From positions 1 through 36,823 of the forward strand of contig MRSU01007698.1 in NCBI GenBank assembly GCA_008369845.1: 36,823 bases of DNA, in the 5' to 3' direction. Positions within the stretch are counted from its first letter, which is position 1, and every line of letters begins with the position of its first letter. Under the pieces are notes generated by a model. That model did not search any database, was not told the DNA's origin, and was given only the letters and a program-made list of their open reading frames with translations. Positions 29,257 through 36,823 of the stretch are shown here, piece by piece. The translations under genes and the position numbers were made by a program. The stretch comes from Trichomonas gallinae. Its lineage: Eukaryota.

Positions 29257-29801
29257 GTTTTTTTTTAATTAAGTGGCCAAATAAACTTTACAATGATCGT
29301 ATTTTTTTTCTATGTTTTCATTTTTATTTCATTTTTTATATCTACATAATACAACAATTAGATTTATCGAATAATTTTTCATTTCTTCAATGATTTTTAT
29401 TCTTCAATTCGGTTCTTAGATAAAAGGAACAATAACATATCTTCTCTTCCTCTAAACAGACCTATATTCCAAAAATAAAAACTAATTTACACACATATTT
29501 TTTCCTGATTTGAAATTTATTATATATATCTCCTATATTCGCTGTAGATGCCAATATAATCCGTATATCTTTAAGCTGATGCAGCCATTTATATAGAACA
29601 TCGACTAATTTTTTTCAATTATTTTATCACTGTTTAATACATCTATTAACTCAATATTTGTATAAAATATGACTAAATCTCTGATATATATTGTTCAAAT
29701 TATGATATGAGATATTATAGAAAATAAATTTATGAATTTTAAGTAAAGTAATCTATTAATAGCTAATATTTATATATATATAACAAAAAATAAAAATAAT
29801 A

Positions 29802-32800
29802 TTACATGTATGCTTGCCAGCCTTCCCACATTCGGCAAAGATTATTTGGATCTGTAGCTTTTTCTATTAGATCTTTAACTAGGAACTCAGTGGAAAACTT
29901 GCGAGCTCTGTCTTCTGATGATCCAAGAACACGGCGCTCAACTTCTTTGATTGTTCTTTGCGCAGCCATTTCTTCGAAGTCTTTGACTTTCTTCCATTCA
30001 AGGAGTGGATCTTGAACGAATGTCTGCAGCGTTGTTACGATTTTGTTCGCTTTCGCCTTCAGTGTGTCCATGACTAATATGCATGATTGCGTGAATGCAC
30101 CTTCAACACCAAGGCATCCCATTGCATCGACGACGTTTTGTGTCAATCTAAAAGGCACGCATTCAGGAACTCTTAAAGCTTTCGCTTTATCGAACATGTA
30201 GCAGAAATCTACATGAATCACAGCTCCTGACTTCTCGTTGAACAATATATTCTCTAAATGCCTATCGCCTAGGCCTACTATGTATCCGATCATTGACCAA
30301 ACAGCAGTCGAATGTATGTAAAACTGTCTGGCGTTGAACCATTGAGAAACTGCAGGAAAATTCTGCAGGAACCATAGATGAGAAATTGGTGGGAATTTCG
30401 GCAATATTGTTTCCTTGAACATCTGACACTTCTTCATCAAATTCAGTCTTGAGTCTTCACCTAAAATGTCTGATATTTCAGCCATCGGGATTCCTAAGTT
30501 TCTTTCTTCGTAAAGATCGATCAAAATTCTTCTGAAGCAAACAGTGTTGTTCACCCATTCTATCATTCCGCTTCTTTCATTCAGACAAACAATAGCAAAG
30601 ATAGTCATCGACATTAATCTGTGACTGCACTTTCTGTCGGCTTGGAAAATAGAATTAACAAAACTGCCGAATTCCATCATTCTCATATCTTTCCTTAAAT
30701 CATCATCCCTCTTGCAGAGGAACTTGTGAGAATTTCCTGTTGTATCATTCAAAACTATTCTCTTAGGACGCTGCTGGCTGTTGAATATCTTCATATTTTC
30801 GTCCATGTTTGCAATTTTCGGCATCGAAAATCCTTTTTTATATCTGAAAGCTGAAACAACAGGAACAATCATTTCACTATTTTCAAATGCTTTGACTAAG
30901 TCAGGACAAATGTCAGAAGCTTTGACTTTAGCATTTTCTTTTGTCTGATATGGTAACTCTGTTAATTGAATCAAACCACTTGTTATGGTTACAAATTTTG
31001 CAATTAATTTTTGATATTCTTCGTTTTCTTTCATTCCTAAATTATTCGTCATTTCGATGATATCATTGTATTTTGCATTTCTAAGTGTTGCCGTTGAATG
31101 GTTGACATACATAATATGCCAAAGCGCTGATGCTGGCTCGAATACTGTTGCTGATGCAATCATTTTCAAGATGTATTCGCTTAATTCACTCGGCTGTTCT
31201 ATCCAAGAAATTAAATGGGTAATTGATTCGAACCAAACATAATTTGGAATACTATTAAAATGATCGTTGAAAACTTCTTTGATCGCCGAGATGATATTTG
31301 GCTTCTGTGAGGTTGAAATAAGTGAATATGGCTTCTTCTTATCTTCGATGATTAAATTCCTGCATGTTTCGAAGAATAGATCCAATATTCTTGGAACACA
31401 TTCTGATGCCAAAGAGGGTTTCTTTTTGATTGTCAAGAAATAATTCATTAAAGCAAGTGGAATTTGAGTCTTTAAAAACTGAGCAATATTCATAGATGTA
31501 CTTGTGTTCCCCCAGAATTTCACTGATTCGACTTTGCGCAATTTTGTTGTTACAACGATTTCTTGGCCATCGACTTCAACATAGTTAAGATAGTTTGCAA
31601 TTCTCTGGTCAATCAATGTAGCAAACGCGTAGTGTACTTTTCCATCGCATTCCGTATGCTGTGTGATGCTTTTATACATTTCGGTCAAACGATCAGCATC
31701 TAAGGAATCGAGTTTATCCAAATATCTCGCTTTCAAGAAATCAATTTTTCCTTCAGGATCATTTTGTATTGTGTTCAGTATCATTATGACAGCTTCTGAT
31801 TCTTTCTTTGCCCATGATACTTTTGCTAGTTCCAATGCGCATAACTCGTAATCTTCTGTCGGTGCAACTCTTCTGGCTCTCATTGAATGCATTTCGGCAG
31901 AGAAAATGTTATCAACTCTTCTGCATGCTTTGCTCAACTCCATCCATTCTACTGCTTCTCTGTGCTTTTTATCTTTGAATCCTGACATGTTTATTATCGA
32001 GCATTTAACTGATGTAATTCTTGATAACATATCAATGGACAGTAATTCTCTATTCACCCATCTTTTCAGTGGCTTCATGTCATAGCTTTGCCTATCTTCA
32101 GAGAAACGTTGCATTTCATCAAGGATTCTCATTTTGACAAGAACATGTCTAAGTTTGACATTGCTCGATAAAAATCCTTCTGATAATTCATGGACAAGTT
32201 TCTTGCGCTGATCAATTATATCATCTAAAAATCTTTCTTTTCCACTGAAATTCAAATCATAGAATGAATTGGCGAGAGATATATCGAATCTTCTTGTTGG
32301 AGCATCAATTATTGCTCTGTTTGCATCGAATTCGTGTGTCCATGATTGCTCGCAGATTATTTCTCCTATTTCATCCCATTTTCCAAGCGAAAGTGCTGAT
32401 CTTGTTATCAAAGAGTCCAATTTCAAGTCGCTGAATACTGATGATCTGATAAGTTTTGCGTCAGCAAGTGCGCGTTCATATCTTCCGTTGTCAACCATTT
32501 CTTCGATTGTTTGGATTTTAGCGTTTCTCTCTTCTTGTGGATCTAAAAGTTGCATCTCTGATAAAGCGAGTTTGCCAGATACATAATTTTGGTTGTATAG
32601 TTTTTGTTTCAAATAGTTGGAATTATCTACATCGCCTGAAAAATTATAACATTCTTGCATTTGCTTTAATGTTTCTTGTGAAATGTTTTGATCTTTTACA
32701 AGACTGCAGTAATTGTCGAAATGCATCAGTGCACGTTCCCATAATTGGCATTGATAAGCAGCAATAGCAAGTTCTTTTTCGCTGCAAATTGACAAGTATT

Positions 32801-35800
32801 GCCAGTCTTTTAATAATTTTTCATCTGTTGCTAATATTTTGTGCCTTTTCAGTGAATCGAATAAAGAAAAGAAAGCTTGAATAAGTTGTCTTCCTGTTTC
32901 TATTAGTTTTTTATTAGGATGGGATAGAAGGCCATAAACGTATTTGAATTCTTTTTTGAGTTGATCGACGAATTTTTTGTTGTGAACATTATAAGCAATT
33001 AAATAAGGAATCGCGTAGTAACCTAAAGCTGATGATTCTCCAATTGCAGTGTGCAATGGCCTAAGAAATTCACTTTCATGGTTTCCATGCGCCATAAGAT
33101 TGGTAAATAGGTTTTTCAGATATTTACTGACAGAATATCTTCCGATGTGTGAAATGAAATAATCAAAAGCAAGTTTCGATGGTTCTAGTGTTCTTGATGA
33201 TCTAAATTGTGTTGATCTTAAATGATCAATGGCTGTTTGTACTTCGACATCGAAAAGTTCCCAATTTTCTTTGCCAATTTCACTATAGAAGAGTTGTTGC
33301 GAATCATTTGCTGCAGATTGGCAGCCGAGCGACTTCAATAGCTCTTGGATTGCATATGATGCAGCAAATGGAACTTGTGTCAATAGTTTGACGAGATATT
33401 CGGAAATGATGTGTCTCATTATCGAATGAGTTTCAGTCAGTGGAATCGTGTTAATATTTGGTTCAACAGTATCACTTATGAACGGCAGCAAAGACATTAC
33501 TCTTCCAAACAAAATAATATTATCATTGTCTGTTTCGTGAGCTGCAACACTCCATATGTGACTCGTTAAAGACTTGACGTCAACAACATTGGAATCGTAT
33601 AATTCGTTTTCGTGTTCTTTCAATGAATTAAATATTGATTCGAGTAAGAATCGTCTAAAATTCACTTGCGATAATTCCAATTGTTCGCTTCTCTTCATTA
33701 ACTGATCGACCCACTCATTCTGTAGGTTAATATCCAATGAGTTTCGAATCTTATGGCGGGCATCAGATAACTTTGGATGATCCAAGACTGGATAATAAAC
33801 AATATCTTTGTACCATTGCTTTGTTATATCCTCTAAATCGAGAATTAAATATCTAACGATTTCTGAAATTTCATCTTGAAAATAATCGAACATGATGAAA
33901 AGCTGCTGAATCATTGGGAAGAAAATCTTGGCCAAAATATTTTCCGCGTGATATTTTTGGAAAAATTTAGTCCAAAACTGGAGCCAATCATTTTGAGTCA
34001 ATTTAATTGAAGCAAGTGGTACCAAAATAGTGAAGATACTTGATATGTAGTCGACAAGTTGCTCTGATAAATAAGGAATCAAGAATTCTATTGTAGGAAT
34101 AACCATTTTCAGTTTTGCAGAGCAAACTGCTTGATTTTTGATAACTTTGTTCAAGAATAACAAAGCGAAGTGGAAATATCTTGTTATGTAAAATCTAAAT
34201 TCGGGAAGTTCTTCAATGTTATCACTATCCTTCTTTGTCTTGAATTTGATTAACTCAATTAGTTGTCTTTTCGCTTGTTCGCGTTTTTCTTTAATTGGAT
34301 GAACACAGTTGAAAAATGTATATGCAAATATGTTTCTTTGTTCTGCATGTTGTAAAAGAAGTTTTGGAGCACTTTCTTTGAAGACTTTCGCATAGTACTT
34401 AAAAATTTCGTCCGAGTATTCATATATAACTAATATATTGGCTTTCAATATTTTTTCTGCATTGATACTCATCGCTTCTTTGCGAGTAGGATCTCTATTA
34501 AGTTTTTGATAAAATTTTTCGATATATTTCATGTCTTTCTTTGATGCAATATAAGGGATCAATTTGCTTAATATGAGCTTAGCACATGACTGCTGCTTGT
34601 AGTTTTTTAGAACTTGGTCAATTTTTGTTGGATAAACAACATTGAAAATTTCATTGAATATTTCTTCATTTTGCATAAATAATTCTGCCATTAATGCTCC
34701 AAACTCATACTTATGAAGATATTTCAGTGATTTCAAGTCCTTCATGTTCCTTATCATATCAAACACGCAGCCTTTAATTGAATATTCTTCTTCTTTGATC
34801 AAGATTTCGAAGAAAATAGATAAAATGTGAAAATTAACGATTGAATTATTCAGCAAGTTGAGACAAGCATCTTTGTAGTTTAGTATATTCTTAACGAAAT
34901 TATAATTATATATCTCCTTGAGCTCATCGACTCTGTTGGAGCTGGAAAAAGATATATTGATTGCTTCGACAAAATTTTTGTTAGTATAACTTTCAACTTT
35001 GTCAACAAATTCGTTTATATGCTGAATGAAATCTTTTGAGATGTTTCCATTTTGATAGTCCGAGATTATGACCATTGACATCAAAGGCAATGACTGATAT
35101 TTTGCAGCTTGCTCAGTAATAAATTTAATTTTTCCTTGAATTAAATTTTCGTGATCATCAAATAATTTTATTGTATATTCAACAGGAAATGTATTCAATG
35201 CTTCTAGTATCTCATCAGGTGCTACATTGAATATAGCATTGAGTAAATCAAGTGAAGGAGCAGAGTTTTTAAGATAGTTTCTTAAATATGATCTGTTCAT
35301 TATACTTAACGATTTTTGCTTGGAGATGATCTGATAGAATATGTTTGGATCAATATCTTGTAATTTTGCGAAATTTATTTCAAAATCTGGATTAAATTCG
35401 AGAATTGCAGGATATAATTCTGGATCATTCACATTTTTAATATTTTTGAAGAAGTCTGAATATGAGTTGTTGTACATGATGATAATCCTGCATATATCTC
35501 TGTAATTGCCGACATAATGAAAATGCACGAAATTTTGAAAAATTAAATCAGCGATAAGATTCCTATTTGCTTGGTCTGCTTCTAGGAACTCTTTGATAAC
35601 AGCAAATATTTCTTGTAAATACAATGGAGATCTTAAATTTCGAAGATCAGGCAAAATTGAAAACAATTCTCTGCAAATTATTTTTCTTGAATTAGGATTT
35701 AGTCCTTTACATGCACTTTTCAATATTTTTGAGGCAAGATCATCTAACTCTATTGTTTTCTCAAGACATTTACCGTAGAAATGTTTGGTAAAATGTAATA

Positions 35801-36401
35801 AAGTTCTTAGCAAATTTAATGACATTGGCTCACTGTATGGTATTACTAAACTCAAAGTGTGTAATATATCAATAGAATACTGTGGAAAGTTTGAAAGAAC
35901 TTTGAGAATAAATTCAAAAAAATCTGATGGTAATTTAAATGATGTTTCTAAGAAACATTGTAGTATTTTGAAGAATAGTACATTTAAATCGCTTGTAAAT
36001 GGGTTTTCAGTTAATTTCAGGAGTTTAAATATCTTATGTTTTCTTGACGGTAGAGTTAATTTTGATGGATCAAATAAGAGTGCTTCAATAGATATACAAA
36101 TGTAATTTCCGATATTGTTTCTTTCATCTGCCGGCGATTTTTGGAAGAAAATTTGCATTGCTTCTAAAAGTAGTGATTGAATGTCTGATTCTGGACTATC
36201 TTGGAGATGATATACAAAGCATAGCCAAAATAATTGATCAATGCACTCCATAACTTTTTTTGGAGAAAGATTTTTTTTGTAGAATGCGAGACTATCAATA
36301 ATTCCTTTCAATCCAAGAGAAATTTGGTTTGCTGGCATGTTATCTGCAGATAATGCACGTAGAAGAAAAATTATTCTGTCTGAAAGTCCATCATCTTCCA
36401 T
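29802..36401 (-). CDS. ATR: PIKK-family Ser/Thr kinase, ATR/Mec1-like
   Basis: 2199 aa with HEAT/FAT region, K..DDLRKD.RMMEF, GLGDRHLENIL, HVDF..MFDK...L.VPE.VPFRLTQN and FATC end NLCRMWEGWQAYM. Confidence 0.9.
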   Translation of the reverse strand: MEDDGLSDRIIFLLRALSADNMPANQISLGLKGIIDSLAFYKKNLSPKKVMECIDQLFWLCFVYHLQDSPESDIQSLLLEAMQIFFQKSPADERNNIGNYICISIEALLFDPSKLTLPSRKHKIFKLLKLTENPFTSDLNVLFFKILQCFLETSFKLPSDFFEFILKVLSNFPQYSIDILHTLSLVIPYSEPMSLNLLRTLLHFTKHFYGKCLEKTIELDDLASKILKSACKGLNPNSRKIICRELFSILPDLRNLRSPLYLQEIFAVIKEFLEADQANRNLIADLIFQNFVHFHYVGNYRDICRIIIMYNNSYSDFFKNIKNVNDPELYPAILEFNPDFEINFAKLQDIDPNIFYQIISKQKSLSIMNRSYLRNYLKNSAPSLDLLNAIFNVAPDEILEALNTFPVEYTIKLFDDHENLIQGKIKFITEQAAKYQSLPLMSMVIISDYQNGNISKDFIQHINEFVDKVESYTNKNFVEAINISFSSSNRVDELKEIYNYNFVKNILNYKDACLNLLNNSIVNFHILSIFFEILIKEEEYSIKGCVFDMIRNMKDLKSLKYLHKYEFGALMAELFMQNEEIFNEIFNVVYPTKIDQVLKNYKQQSCAKLILSKLIPYIASKKDMKYIEKFYQKLNRDPTRKEAMSINAEKILKANILVIYEYSDEIFKYYAKVFKESAPKLLLQHAEQRNIFAYTFFNCVHPIKEKREQAKRQLIELIKFKTKKDSDNIEELPEFRFYITRYFHFALLFLNKVIKNQAVCSAKLKMVIPTIEFLIPYLSEQLVDYISSIFTILVPLASIKLTQNDWLQFWTKFFQKYHAENILAKIFFPMIQQLFIMFDYFQDEISEIVRYLILDLEDITKQWYKDIVYYPVLDHPKLSDARHKIRNSLDINLQNEWVDQLMKRSEQLELSQVNFRRFLLESIFNSLKEHENELYDSNVVDVKSLTSHIWSVAAHETDNDNIILFGRVMSLLPFISDTVEPNINTIPLTETHSIMRHIISEYLVKLLTQVPFAASYAIQELLKSLGCQSAANDSQQLFYSEIGKENWELFDVEVQTAIDHLRSTQFRSSRTLEPSKLAFDYFISHIGRYSVSKYLKNLFTNLMAHGNHESEFLRPLHTAIGESSALGYYAIPYLIAYNVHNKKFVDQLKKEFKYVYGLLSHPNKKLIETGRQLIQAFFSLFDSLKRHKILATDEKLLKDWQYLSICSEKELAIAAYQCQLWERALMHFDNYCSLVKDQNISQETLKQMQECYNFSGDVDNSNYLKQKLYNQNYVSGKLALSEMQLLDPQEERNAKIQTIEEMVDNGRYERALADAKLIRSSVFSDLKLDSLITRSALSLGKWDEIGEIICEQSWTHEFDANRAIIDAPTRRFDISLANSFYDLNFSGKERFLDDIIDQRKKLVHELSEGFLSSNVKLRHVLVKMRILDEMQRFSEDRQSYDMKPLKRWVNRELLSIDMLSRITSVKCSIINMSGFKDKKHREAVEWMELSKACRRVDNIFSAEMHSMRARRVAPTEDYELCALELAKVSWAKKESEAVIMILNTIQNDPEGKIDFLKARYLDKLDSLDADRLTEMYKSITQHTECDGKVHYAFATLIDQRIANYLNYVEVDGQEIVVTTKLRKVESVKFWGNTSTSMNIAQFLKTQIPLALMNYFLTIKKKPSLASECVPRILDLFFETCRNLIIEDKKKPYSLISTSQKPNIISAIKEVFNDHFNSIPNYVWFESITHLISWIEQPSELSEYILKMIASATVFEPASALWHIMYVNHSTATLRNAKYNDIIEMTNNLGMKENEEYQKLIAKFVTITSGLIQLTELPYQTKENAKVKASDICPDLVKAFENSEMIVPVVSAFRYKKGFSMPKIANMDENMKIFNSQQRPKRIVLNDTTGNSHKFLCKRDDDLRKDMRMMEFGSFVNSIFQADRKCSHRLMSMTIFAIVCLNERSGMIEWVNNTVCFRRILIDLYEERNLGIPMAEISDILGEDSRLNLMKKCQMFKETILPKFPPISHLWFLQNFPAVSQWFNARQFYIHSTAVWSMIGYIVGLGDRHLENILFNEKSGAVIHVDFCYMFDKAKALRVPECVPFRLTQNVVDAMGCLGVEGAFTQSCILVMDTLKAKANKIVTTLQTFVQDPLLEWKKVKDFEEMAAQRTIKEVERRVLGSSEDRARKFSTEFLVKDLIEKATDPNNLCRMWEGWQAYM

Positions 36402-36440
36402 TCAGCCACAAAATATATATTTTTTAGTTCCCTGAGGAAG

Positions 36441-36710
36441 TGTCAAATATTGGATATTTTACTTGTCAAAAATTACTTTAAAAGTCAAAAAGCATCGTTA
36501 CATGTCAAATGTTGAATATTTCCACGACAAAATTCTACAATTGTCAAAAATCTACTTTATTTATCAAATATTATCTGTTACGTGACAGATATTTAATATT
36601 TACTTGACAAAAATATATAATTGTCAAAAATCTACTTTAAAAGTCAAATATTATCTGTTACATGCCATATTACATATGTTACGTGACAAATAATAATTTA
36701 TATGTCAAAT
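36441..36710 (+). repeat. ~20-bp-phased G(T/A)CA array with an 80-bp higher-order repeat
   Basis: Fourteen cores from 36442 to 36704 are spaced 17-23 bp apart. AATTGTCAAAAATCTACTTTA...TCAAATATTATCTGTTAC repeats at 36539 and 36619. Confidence 0.85.
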
Positions 36711-36823
36711 TAAATTGAGTTACTAAATAATACATTTACAAACTAACTGTCACTGTGATAAACGGGATAATCGGCAACCATCGGTATAAATTCAATTTTA
36801 TGGGGTGCAAAATGGCATAACGA

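Noticed and set aside
29806..36105. Several short plus-strand ORFs within ATR
   Set aside because: Antisense shadows of the 6.6-kb CDS.

Overview
AT-rich, gene-dense eukaryotic DNA with no apparent introns, most likely from a trichomonad (Parabasalia, probably Trichomonas). Support: hydrogenosome-type ferredoxin and Cpn10 with short ML...R leaders, TCA(T/C)T initiator elements just before ATGs, stop codons embedded in TAAA poly(A) signals, and AAAAGTGAC promoter motifs. There are about 21 protein genes: the RPL13a 3' end, a PP4/PP6-like phosphatase, a ubiquilin-like protein, B9D1, a bacterial-type flavodoxin, DRS1/DDX27, MAP65/Ase1, an NT-C2 protein, two ARM-like proteins, a tandem-Ubl-like protein, eIF2B-alpha, SFT2/Got1, a Rab-like GTPase, a DM15-only LARP1-like protein, a [2Fe-2S] ferredoxin, Cpn10, an ATR-type PIKK and several hypotheticals. 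The main unexplained signals are (i) dispersed ~20-bp-phased TGACATGTAA/TGTCA arrays mostly in 5' flanks, (ii) a ~120-nt multi-hairpin element at 27865-27982 whose G-U pairs favour the minus strand, (iii) an otherwise intact Rab with ACG where the ATG should be, and (iv) intergenic gene-fragment relics. No tRNA, rRNA, CRISPR array or recognisable transposase was seen. All family calls come from motif recognition, not database searches.
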